A model generated the notes under the pieces. The model was given only the letters and a program-made list of their open reading frames with translations, searched no databases and was not told where the DNA came from. 32,000 bases of DNA. Origin: an uncultured bacterium. GTDB taxonomy: Bacteria; Margulisbacteria; WOR-1; CAVSGV01. The DNA is taken from contig OY969425.1 of NCBI GenBank assembly GCA_963699255.1, forward strand, positions 540,001 through 572,000, written 5' to 3'. Made by a program: the position numbers and the translations under genes. Position 1 is the first letter of the stretch. Every line of letters starts with the position of its first letter. Positions 9,537 to 16,885 of the stretch are shown here, one piece after another.

Positions 9537-9860
9537 TCAAAATAACATGCTTATTGCTATGACCATTAAATATACAGCGAACGCTCTCCTTAATATAATA
9601 TCCGGAATCGGCTGAACGATCGACGCGCCTATGAACCCGCCGAACAAAAAACCGATCGCCGTGTATAATGCCACATCTATCACTATGTTTCCATTATAAT
9701 AATACTTCAGCGCGGCAAGAAGCCCAACCGGCAGAAGCATAGCTGCAAGCGCCGTTCCCTGCGCCTGATGCTGGCTGAAACTCAGCAAAAAAACGAGAGC
9801 GGGTATGATTATCGTCGCTCCCCCTATGCCGAACGCTCCGGAAAAAGTTCCCGCGATCAA
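9537..9860 (-). CDS. half-size TSUP (TauE/SafE) family membrane permease
   Basis: The 107-aa hydrophobic protein begins (L)IAGTFSGAFGIGGATIIIPALVFL, which is the typical TauE/SafE opening motif. The frame opens directly at the ispD stop codon and the only start is the TTG at 9860. Confidence 0.55.
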   Translation of the reverse strand: MIAGTFSGAFGIGGATIIIPALVFLLSFSQHQAQGTALAAMLLPVGLLAALKYYYNGNIVIDVALYTAIGFLFGGFIGASIVQPIPDIILRRAFAVYLMVIAISMLF

Positions 9861-9890
9861 ACCCGTAACAAGAGAAAGAATGACGTTGAT

Positions 9891-10574
9891 TTAACTCCCC
9901 CGCCCTTTCAAAATTGCTTCCGCTATCGCCACGTCTTCCGTAGTTGTAATTTTAATGTTCTCGTATGACCCCATGACCATTTTAACAGGAATTCCCATCC
10001 TCTCAACAAGCTTTGAATCATCCGTCGCCCTGTATTTGATCCTCTGGGCTCTTTCATAAGCTTCCTTTATAATGGACGCCCGGAAAGCCTGGGGCGTCTG
10101 GACCTGCCAGATCGAAGCCCTGTCAAGCGTTTCGAGTATGACATTCTCAGAAGATACCGTTTTTACCGTGTCTTTGACCGGCACTCCAACGACCGCGGCC
10201 TTTGAAGCCTTTGCTTCCATGACGGCCTTTGCGATGATCTCCTTGGTCACAAGCGGCCTTGCCGCGTCGTGGACCACCACGATATCATCATCTGAATCCT
10301 GTATGACCTCCCTGAGCCCGTTATAGACCGAATCCTGGCGCTCTACCCCGCCCTCAACAACGCTCCTGACCTTTTTAAAATCTTTTAACAGCCTTTTTGT
10401 AAGCTCAACGTCTCCCCTGGCAACAACAACGATAACATCATCGATCGACTGGCATTTATCAAAAGCGGAAACGGTGACGGATAGGACAGGCTGCCCGTTG
10501 ATCTCCATGAACTGCTTTTTAACGTTTATTCTTTTCCCGGAGCCGGCCGCGGGAATGATCGCCGTAACTTTCAC
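9891..10574 (-). CDS. ispD: 2-C-methyl-D-erythritol 4-phosphate cytidylyltransferase
   Basis: The 227-aa ORF starts with AIIPAAGSGKR and contains VVHDAARP and WQVQTPQAF, the IspD signatures. Its start overlaps the upstream gene by 4 nt. Confidence 0.93.
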   Translation of the reverse strand: MKVTAIIPAAGSGKRINVKKQFMEINGQPVLSVTVSAFDKCQSIDDVIVVVARGDVELTKRLLKDFKKVRSVVEGGVERQDSVYNGLREVIQDSDDDIVVVHDAARPLVTKEIIAKAVMEAKASKAAVVGVPVKDTVKTVSSENVILETLDRASIWQVQTPQAFRASIIKEAYERAQRIKYRATDDSKLVERMGIPVKMVMGSYENIKITTTEDVAIAEAILKGRGS

Positions 10575-11596
10575 AGGACCTCTAGCTTCTTTGTGGACCT
10601 TGTCAGCACTTCACAGCCGCCTTTTTTGACCAGGACCATGTCTTCCACCCTGAAACCCCCGACACGCGGCAGATATACGCCGGGCTCGATAGTTATGACC
10701 ATCCCTTCCCTGAGAACATCCCTGCTTGACGAAGAAACACGCGGACCTTCATGGACCTGCAATCCTACTCCATGACCGGTAGCGTGAGTGAAGTACTTTT
10801 CCAGCTTTTCTTTTCCAAGCGCTTCCCTCGCCGCTTTATCGATCTCAGCCGCCGCAACGCCGTCCTTAACTTTTGAAACGGCCGCCGCTGAAGCGGACAA
10901 CACCGCGCTGTATATTTTCAATGTTCTCTTTGATGGGGCTCCGAGAGAGACCATCCTTGTGATGTCGCTGTTATAGCCCTTGTACCTCGCCCCAAAGTCC
11001 ATTATAACAAGCTCCCCTGCTTTGATCTTTTTATCCGTCGGCTTGCCGTGCGGGTTCGCCGACAACCTGCCGGATGAAACAAGCGTTTCAAAGGCCGGCG
11101 CATCACCCTTGAATGTTTTTATCAGGTAATCTATATGCGCCGAGATCTCCAGCTCCGTCATTCCCGGCTTAATTATCCGGATAATACAATCATAGGTCAG
11201 GTCCGCGATAAGCGCAGCTTTTTTTATCGCGTCGATCTCGCCGGCGCGCTTTATGCACCTTTGATCCCTTAACTGGCCGCTTATGGAATGAAATTTCGCC
11301 CGTGGAAATCCATCTTTCAGCTTGTTGAACGATGCCACATCCAGCTTATCGTCCTCAAATCCGATGTCCGATATCCTTTTCTTCTCCAGAATGCTTATGG
11401 CGGTTTTCATCAGCGTTGCAGAGAGAGGGGCTTCTACGACCCGAATGCCCTTGTAAACCTCCGATCTTGCCTGCAGAGTATATCTGCCGTCAACTATCAG
11501 CTGGCAAAGCTTATCCTGGGCAATAAGGATGCCCGCGCTGCCGGTAAATCCGGAAAGATAATGGATGTTCGGTTGGCTTGTAATGATCCTGATCAT
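10571..11596 (-). CDS. M24-family Xaa-Pro aminopeptidase/dipeptidase
   Basis: The 341-aa ORF shows the pita-bread fold metal ligand motifs: VIMDFGARYKGYNSDITR, HATGHGVGLQVHEGP, ITIEPGVY and GGFRVEDMV. Confidence 0.88.
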   Translation of the reverse strand: MIRIITSQPNIHYLSGFTGSAGILIAQDKLCQLIVDGRYTLQARSEVYKGIRVVEAPLSATLMKTAISILEKKRISDIGFEDDKLDVASFNKLKDGFPRAKFHSISGQLRDQRCIKRAGEIDAIKKAALIADLTYDCIIRIIKPGMTELEISAHIDYLIKTFKGDAPAFETLVSSGRLSANPHGKPTDKKIKAGELVIMDFGARYKGYNSDITRMVSLGAPSKRTLKIYSAVLSASAAAVSKVKDGVAAAEIDKAAREALGKEKLEKYFTHATGHGVGLQVHEGPRVSSSSRDVLREGMVITIEPGVYLPRVGGFRVEDMVLVKKGGCEVLTRSTKKLEVL

Positions 11597-12030
11597 TTAA
11601 TAAGGTCGATGGCGGCTCTCAGCCCCAGAATATAGCTGTTCATGCCGAAGCCCGAGATCTGCCCCGCAGCCACGGGAGCAATGACCGATCTTTGCCTGAA
11701 CTCTTCCCTTGAATATATATTTGACATGTGGACCTCCACCGTAGGTATTTTAACGGAAGATATGGCATCCCTTATCGCCACTGAATAATGAGTGTATCCG
11801 CCGGGATTGATCACGATGGCCTTATACGTTTTCTTGGCTTTCTGTATCAGGTCGACGATCTCGCCTTCTATGTTCGTCTGAGCGGTATCGACGACCATGC
11901 CTTCCTGCGCCCCGAGTTTTTTCAATTGAGCGTTGATCTTATGGAGAGTGACCTTACCGTAGACATTTGGCTCCCTCTGTCCGAGGAGATTCAAGTTCGG
12001 ACCATGGATGACAAGTATTTTCTTTGCCAT
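11593..12030 (-). CDS. aroQ: type II 3-dehydroquinate dehydratase
   Basis: The 145-aa ORF contains ILVIHGPNLNLLGQREPNVYG, INPGGYTHYSVA and VEVHMSNIYSRE, which are canonical AroQ motifs. Confidence 0.95.
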   Translation of the reverse strand: MAKKILVIHGPNLNLLGQREPNVYGKVTLHKINAQLKKLGAQEGMVVDTAQTNIEGEIVDLIQKAKKTYKAIVINPGGYTHYSVAIRDAISSVKIPTVEVHMSNIYSREEFRQRSVIAPVAAGQISGFGMNSYILGLRAAIDLIK

Positions 12031-12039
12031 AACTATTTT

Positions 12040-12048
12040 ATTATATCA
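12040..12048 (-). promoter_or_regulatory. candidate extended -10 box upstream of aroQ
   Basis: The minus strand reads TGATATAAT (TGn + TATAAT) and ends 9 nt before the aroQ ATG. No Shine-Dalgarno sequence lies between them, so the mRNA may be leaderless or have a very short leader. Confidence 0.25.
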
Positions 12049-12054
12049 CAGAAA

Positions 12055-12104
12055 TCCCCCGCTCGCTTCACTCGCGCCCCCTTTATTAAAGGGGGTTGGG
12101 GGGA
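12055..12104. repeat. structured intergenic repeat, degenerate copy C
   Basis: The sequence TCCCCC-GCTCGCTTCACTCGCG-CCCCCTTT-ATT-AAAGGGGG-TT-GGGGGGA has the same architecture as copies A and B: a C-run/G-run outer stem, a CTCGCTT..CTCG insert and a central C5T/AG5 hairpin. The primary sequence is different. Confidence 0.4.
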
Positions 12105-13253
12105 TTAATCCAGCACTACCAGTTTTCCGCTTCCGATGACACTGTCACCCGATATTATCTTGTAAATATACATCCCGTTACCGGCGACCTGGCCGCCGAG
12201 CGACCTGCCGTTCCAGTTCACCTGGTTAGTTCCGCCTCTGGCCCCGTTCGTGCCGGAGCCGAACCTCATCCTCTTTGCTTCATGTCCGGTTATGTCGTAT
12301 ATGACTATCGTAACGGCCGCGTCCTTGGACAGCGTGTACTGGATCGTCGTGGCAACGCCTGACATCGGACTGAATGGATTGGGATAATTGTATGTCCCTC
12401 CTACGACCTGCACAGACCCTCCTAACACCCTGGCTTCCATCGTGTCTTCACAGGCATTCGCGCTGATATCCTCCATGTGAAAAGTGAATAGATGTCTCTG
12501 CTGGGAGCCCGGTTGTATGGTGAAGTTGCCATACCATGTCCCGTAAAGAGAGTTCCCTGAAACAAGGCTCAACGGCGGATAGACCGGAATATTGTCAACC
12601 CTCAATAAAACTGAAGCGACACCCGCTCCGACTTCGCTTGATATGATAGCTTCCATGCTCACGTGGGATGATATTATGTCCCCGGACCTGACCCTGACGC
12701 CGTTCACCCATACAGCCACTACTTTCATAATGTCAGAAAAGGCTTCCGGCGTAAAAATAGTTGAAACCTGAAATGAAGGGACCGACCATTCTATCGGCAT
12801 GGGAGGATCGCCGGCCTCGATCGTGTCAGAAAGCTGAGAGTCGCCGTAATGGTCGGACATTACCAGAGAAGGGCCGTTCCATGCCCTTACGTAGAGCCTG
12901 CATTGCTCAGCAAGGGATTGGTCGCCCGCGAAATCCCTGATAAAAGCGCCGTTGCTCAGTCCGCCCTGCCCTACAGGCCCCGCCCAGAGGATAGTATCGC
13001 CGCCTGAGGGTCCGCCATATTTACTTGGAACATGGATAGTCTCTTCTGAAGCGCAAATGATCTGGATAACTTCGCCCGTAGGCAATGCATTGCCGTCCAG
13101 CCCTTGAACGGCCTGATTTGTCCCGTCCATCTGAACGGTGACCGTGACAGCCGACGCAGGAAGGTTGAATCCAAATGACAAAACCCCGATGACAAATAAA
13201 ACCCAAACGACAAATGACAAACCCCTTCCGTCTCTCGCTTGCGCTCGAGACAT
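12105..13253 (-). CDS. S7: secreted protein with the shared N-domain and a T9SS-type/FlgD-Ig-like C-terminal domain
   Basis: The signal peptide (..LSFVVWVLFVIGVLSFGFNLPASA) is followed by the N-domain also found in S2, S3 and S5. The C-terminus reads NYPNPFSP..TIQYTL..VTIVIYDITGHE....WNGRSLGGQVAGNGMYIYKI. The track starts at 13316, but 13254-13316 is read through repeat copy B. I prefer the ATG at 13253 (MSRAQARDGRG..). Confidence 0.8.
   Translation of the reverse strand: MSRAQARDGRGLSFVVWVLFVIGVLSFGFNLPASAVTVTVQMDGTNQAVQGLDGNALPTGEVIQIICASEETIHVPSKYGGPSGGDTILWAGPVGQGGLSNGAFIRDFAGDQSLAEQCRLYVRAWNGPSLVMSDHYGDSQLSDTIEAGDPPMPIEWSVPSFQVSTIFTPEAFSDIMKVVAVWVNGVRVRSGDIISSHVSMEAIISSEVGAGVASVLLRVDNIPVYPPLSLVSGNSLYGTWYGNFTIQPGSQQRHLFTFHMEDISANACEDTMEARVLGGSVQVVGGTYNYPNPFSPMSGVATTIQYTLSKDAAVTIVIYDITGHEAKRMRFGSGTNGARGGTNQVNWNGRSLGGQVAGNGMYIYKIISGDSVIGSGKLVVLD
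12108..12401 (-). other. T9SS type-A-like / FlgD-Ig-like C-terminal domain of S7
   Basis: The last 98 aa match the Por-secretion-tail pattern (N.PNPF.p.T.I.y.l......v.l.IyD..G......  ....WnG....G..v..G.Y.y.i). Confidence 0.6.
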
Positions 13254-13293
13254 CTCCCCCTTACTAAGGGGGAGATACAGAGGGGGTTTTGTC
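13221..13293. repeat. structured intergenic repeat, copy B
   Basis: 67 of its 73 nt are identical to copy A. The central palindrome is TCTCCCCCTT-ACT-AAGGGGGAGA. It lies between the S6 stop and the body of S7, and it supplies the S7 start codon and SD-like GGGGGAG. Confidence 0.65.
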
Positions 13294-13322
13294 GTTTTAT
13301 ATTTAAAATTTGTCATTACCGA

Positions 13323-15773
13323 TTAAGGTTTGGGTCTTGTCCCCCATGAGAAAGGACTTGCCGATTTCCTCTTGTAGAAATATCCCCTGTCAGCGCTCAT
13401 TTGCCATGTGGGAGCAATCCCCGTACTTACATCTATCCAGCTGCCCGACAGAGAAAGGTAGGCTTTGTTGTAGTTGGTGGTCCCCGGTATCAGCTGGTAG
13501 ACCACGTCCGCGCTGAGCAGATCTCCCGATTGAGCCCCGGATTCCAAGAGATTCGAATTGTTCAATAATATAGAAGCTGCCTGTCCGGAGGCTATTAGAT
13601 TCCAGCCGGGAATGATCTGGGTCGATCCGACAAAACCTCCCCCTCCTCCTCCGATCCCGCCCCCGGGCACACTGCCGGTGGAATCATAATTATTGGAATA
13701 TACAATTGACTGGGAATAAGCCCATGCCCGATAATAATATTGCTGTCCTTTAGTAAGGCCTGTATCCGAAAAGCTCTCGGTGCTGTCAATCATGGCGCTT
13801 TGAATATAAATCGGCACTTCATCGACATTAACCGGGACACCCAATGTAGGAAGAGTGCCGGATGCAAAGGGGCATGTCGCTGACGTAAATTCGCTCGTTC
13901 CCGGTTTTCTTAGGATTATCACTCCGCCCAGATTCGAACTCGAGGGATCAAACCAGTTAAGCCTGAGACTGGTATCCGTCGCCGGCATCGCATATAAAAA
14001 GCTGACCGGATCCGGCGGCGAGGTATCATAGCTTGCCTGTGCGCCTGAAGAATATCGCCTTAAGGTTTTATCGGTCCCCGTATTATTGTGAGTAAAGATC
14101 GTGACATAATAACCAAGCAATGGATCAGGGAAAACACTGGTATCAAAAGTGTAAGTCTGATTAGTAGCTCCAGGCGTCAATCCTCTCTCTTCATAGATGG
14201 CACCTCCAACTCCGGTATCTCCGGGAGTTGTGGGATAGCTGCCTAATTTTGCCACGATTATAACTCCATCAAACCATGAGTCCGAGGGGTTAGTCCAATT
14301 GACTTTTACGCCGGCCGAAGTATTTGATCCGAATACATTTGATGCATTGTGAGGAGGGATCCCGGCATCAGCAATGATCGGCGATGCAGCCGCATAGTTC
14401 CTGCCCTGTTCGTTGGGGTAGCCGTCATAAGCGCAGCGGTCATAATTATATACATTGAAAAAATATTCTGATCCGGGTGTGAGGCTGCTCACCACCGTAC
14501 TCCCTATATCACCTGTCGCGACAACAGTTGCGGTATTTACCGTGCCGCCAACACCATAATTATTGCCATTTGAATCCCCTGCTGCGCCCACAGGCGTTAT
14601 CCCTGTCCAGGTGCTTGAGGGGTTCTGCAGGACCATACATCCCGCATAATCCGAGGCGCTCCCTTTATTCCAGTATAGAGTTACCTTGTCATTCTCCGGC
14701 ACATACCCTGTAAAACCGGTTATCGTATCCCAACTGCTGCCATTATAGTGGAACATTCTAGGCTGATTCCCATTAACCGAAATATCGGATACATTTTTAG
14801 CCGAAAAAGATGGAGAAGCGCAAGGCGTGTAATCGTGGGATTTTACCGCAGAGCTCCAGGGAGTAGAAGTTTCATTATGGTCAAGAGTATTATCCACCGC
14901 TTCAACCCTGTAGTAATAGCTCACGGGGTTTCCGGTGGTGTAATCAATAAGATCATCAGGAAATCCCCCCTGAATGCCCGTGCTTAGGCCGTTCGGGTAA
15001 CTTCCTCCGCTGATGGAAAAATCACCGCCCGCAATTAGCGTGCCTGTGCCTGAACCTGTCGTGCTCCTGTATACTTTATACCTGACATTGTTTGAATTAT
15101 AACTGGTGGCAGTGATCCCAAAAGGAGTATAGTCAGTCACTCCTGCCGTTGTCCATGAAACGTTTATCTTATTTCCCGTTTGAGCATCGGTGACTCCTCC
15201 TACACCAGCAAAACCCACCGGCGAATGCGAGGCAGCAATGTTGATCGTTTGATCATTTATCGTGCCGATTCCCAGGCCATTATGGATCACATATACGCCC
15301 GGCCCGGTTGAAAGGCGGCAGGTGTCAGGCTCCCAGCTCAAAAGCGCGGTTCCCGTGGCAGTGGGAGTGATCCTGAAAGTCAGCTGATAAATATCGGTGG
15401 CAGATGAAACATCCCATCCGGTACCACTCGTGGCTACGCCCTTCGCATATTGAACTTTGCCTTCGGAAAAGGTGGCATTGATCGATGAAACATCAAACCA
15501 GCTTGAACTCATATAATCGCCTGATACTATGGGTCGCGTATTTGTTACGTATACAAACTTGTTGAGCTCATAATCCACCCAAGCATCGATCCCCACAATG
15601 TGACGGGCACTGCTTGGAGTATATCGAATATTGATAGGCCTGTCGCTGTTTTGCTCCCAATTGTGCGAAGAGTCCGCCTCATAGAAGCCTATACTATCCG
15701 CCAAAGCGGCAGAGGCCAGCATTACAACGATCAATGGGACCAAAAGCCCAACCTCCTTAAAAAAACTTTTCAT
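13323..15773 (-). CDS. S6: secreted protein with a cohesin-like N-module, FN3-like domains, a Gly-rich linker and CTD-A
   Basis: This intact ORF is 823 aa in the track. I prefer the internal ATG at 15773 (MKSFFKEVGLLVPLIVVMLASAALA), which has GAAGGGGG upstream. It is a paralogue of S4. FN3-like segments include KINVSWTTAGVTDYTPFGITATSY, VTLYWNKGSASDYAGCMVL, VKVNWTNPSDSWFDGVIIVAK and LRLNWFDPSSSNLGGVIILRK. Confidence 0.85.
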   Translation of the reverse strand: MKSFFKEVGLLVPLIVVMLASAALADSIGFYEADSSHNWEQNSDRPINIRYTPSSARHIVGIDAWVDYELNKFVYVTNTRPIVSGDYMSSSWFDVSSINATFSEGKVQYAKGVATSGTGWDVSSATDIYQLTFRITPTATGTALLSWEPDTCRLSTGPGVYVIHNGLGIGTINDQTINIAASHSPVGFAGVGGVTDAQTGNKINVSWTTAGVTDYTPFGITATSYNSNNVRYKVYRSTTGSGTGTLIAGGDFSISGGSYPNGLSTGIQGGFPDDLIDYTTGNPVSYYYRVEAVDNTLDHNETSTPWSSAVKSHDYTPCASPSFSAKNVSDISVNGNQPRMFHYNGSSWDTITGFTGYVPENDKVTLYWNKGSASDYAGCMVLQNPSSTWTGITPVGAAGDSNGNNYGVGGTVNTATVVATGDIGSTVVSSLTPGSEYFFNVYNYDRCAYDGYPNEQGRNYAAASPIIADAGIPPHNASNVFGSNTSAGVKVNWTNPSDSWFDGVIIVAKLGSYPTTPGDTGVGGAIYEERGLTPGATNQTYTFDTSVFPDPLLGYYVTIFTHNNTGTDKTLRRYSSGAQASYDTSPPDPVSFLYAMPATDTSLRLNWFDPSSSNLGGVIILRKPGTSEFTSATCPFASGTLPTLGVPVNVDEVPIYIQSAMIDSTESFSDTGLTKGQQYYYRAWAYSQSIVYSNNYDSTGSVPGGGIGGGGGGFVGSTQIIPGWNLIASGQAASILLNNSNLLESGAQSGDLLSADVVYQLIPGTTNYNKAYLSLSGSWIDVSTGIAPTWQMSADRGYFYKRKSASPFSWGTRPKP
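13326..13625 (-). other. CTD-A, conserved ~100-aa C-terminal domain (S6 copy)
   Basis: The domain reads IPGWNLIASGQ...DVVYQLIPGTTNYNKAYLSLSGSWIDVSTGIAPTWQMSADRGYFYKRK..WGTRPKP and is preceded by PGGGIGGGGGGF. Homologous C-termini occur in S1 (two copies), S2 and S4. Confidence 0.6.
15231..15698 (-). other. cohesin-like module of S6
   Basis: This ~155-aa module follows the signal peptide directly. HIVGIDAWVDYELNKFVYV, GKVQYAKGVATSG and DIYQLTFRITPTATGTALLSWE parallel the cohesin strands seen in clostridial cohesins (I.n.DF.f.YDpnvL.., ..i.f.f.....G, G.fa.i.f.v....G...i.f). This assignment is by eye only. Confidence 0.45.
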
Positions 15774-15802
15774 ATTAAAACCCCCTTCTTTCATTTGAAC
15801 AA

Positions 15803-16885
15803 TTATCTGGGCACAAAACTCTTAGCTCCAGCCTGCCAATTTACCCTCCAGTATGGGAGGTCCCCGCTGGCAGTGATAGATCCATCCCCATCAAGATCTG
15901 AATTGGGGTCAAATCCCGTCTCACCTTGCTTTATTCCTGACTGCCAGGCAGTCTGCCAGAAGGGCAGATCTCCTGAAGATGTAACCTGTCCATCCGCATC
16001 TATATCCCCTGCCCGCAAGCTCATAGTACTGTTGGCTTCTGTAGTCATGGCATCCGGGAAAGGAGCAACCGAATAGGCCGTATAATAGTTGCCTGCTGAA
16101 GGTTCCGAAATGTTCACGGAAGCTGTCCCTCCGCCAAAAGGAACTTTATCATTTGTTATGATCGCAAGATGGTTGGGGCCGATAGTGTTTCCGGCTTTAT
16201 GCTTGATCACCAGATAAAAATCACCCGCCGCATAGATATCCACCGTACCTACTCCGGTAGTATCCAAGCTGATATATTCCGAAGTCACCATATTTCCAGG
16301 GAAAGCGGTTCCGGGATCACTGCCGTTTCGCAGCTCAACTTCTATCGTAGCCGGAACCTGAAGACCGGTGCTTGGATTATAATATCCCTGCAGGTAGGCC
16401 TTTAATGTAAGGGTCGTAGCCGGCGGATTCTCGGTAGTGGTAGTGAATGTCCAAGTATAAGGGCCGGCCAATGGATTTCCGGATATGTTCCGCACTCCGG
16501 TATCGACAGTGCAGGTTATAGTTTCACTGGTAACGAATATTCCGGTCTGGTTAAAGGTAACGGTCCTTGTACTGTCATTATAAGAAGGTTTGGTCGCATG
16601 GACACCGGTTTTATCGCCGGTCACCATAAAGTTTTCGGCTGTTACGGTGCTTCCTAATAAAGAATTATTAAAGGCAGCGGTTATATTCGGGAATAAAAAT
16701 ACTCCCGTGGCATTGCTCTCCGGAGTGGTAGAGGTCACCGCAAGGGCGCCCGTGCTGATATTGACCTCCCGGCTGGAAGAAGAACTGACATTGCCGGCAT
16801 TATCCACGGCATGTACCTCCCAGGTATGAAGACCATCACTTAAGGAGGTTTCCGGTGTTGCCGAGATACTCGAGAGATGATACAT
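15803..16885 (-). CDS. S5, C-terminal fragment (Ig-like, Big_5-type Ig, beta-sandwich, dockerin-like end); no signal peptide of its own
   Basis: The 360-aa ORF is colinear with residues ~640-983 of S3 (HTWEVHAVDNAGNVSSSSS, TPESNATGVFLFPNI, TVTFNQ, CTVDTGV..GNP..PYTW.FTT, YLQGYYN). It overlaps the upstream fragment (16836-18785) in a different frame. Together the two fragments form one frameshifted gene. Confidence 0.75.
   Translation of the reverse strand: MYHLSSISATPETSLSDGLHTWEVHAVDNAGNVSSSSSREVNISTGALAVTSTTPESNATGVFLFPNITAAFNNSLLGSTVTAENFMVTGDKTGVHATKPSYNDSTRTVTFNQTGIFVTSETITCTVDTGVRNISGNPLAGPYTWTFTTTTENPPATTLTLKAYLQGYYNPSTGLQVPATIEVELRNGSDPGTAFPGNMVTSEYISLDTTGVGTVDIYAAGDFYLVIKHKAGNTIGPNHLAIITNDKVPFGGGTASVNISEPSAGNYYTAYSVAPFPDAMTTEANSTMSLRAGDIDADGQVTSSGDLPFWQTAWQSGIKQGETGFDPNSDLDGDGSITASGDLPYWRVNWQAGAKSFVPR
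15806..16012 (-). other. dockerin-like duplicated EF-hand module of S5
   Basis: The module has two parts, DIDADGQVTSSGDLPFWQTAWQSG and DLDGDGSITASGDLPYWRVNWQAG. Each is a Ca-loop (D.D.DG.[IV]) followed by a helix, at the extreme C-terminus. Confidence 0.55.

Noticed and set aside
13150-13220. The CAAATGACAAA-type low-complexity DNA resembles the AAATCCAAA motifs of the intergenic spacers, which raised the question of whether this region is non-coding.
   Set aside because: It encodes the hydrophobic core of the S7 signal peptide (FVVWVLFVIGVLSFGF). The homologous signal-peptide regions of S5 and S3 have similar composition. The resemblance is a by-product of Phe/Val/Ile codons.
13254-13316. 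The N-terminal extension MTNFKYKTTKPPLYLPLSKGE on the ORF at 12105-13316.
   Set aside because: This stretch is a read-through of repeat copy B, and the same DNA occurs in non-coding context at 9459-9531. The paralogues S3 and S5 begin their signal peptides without any such extension. The ATG at 13253 is the better start.
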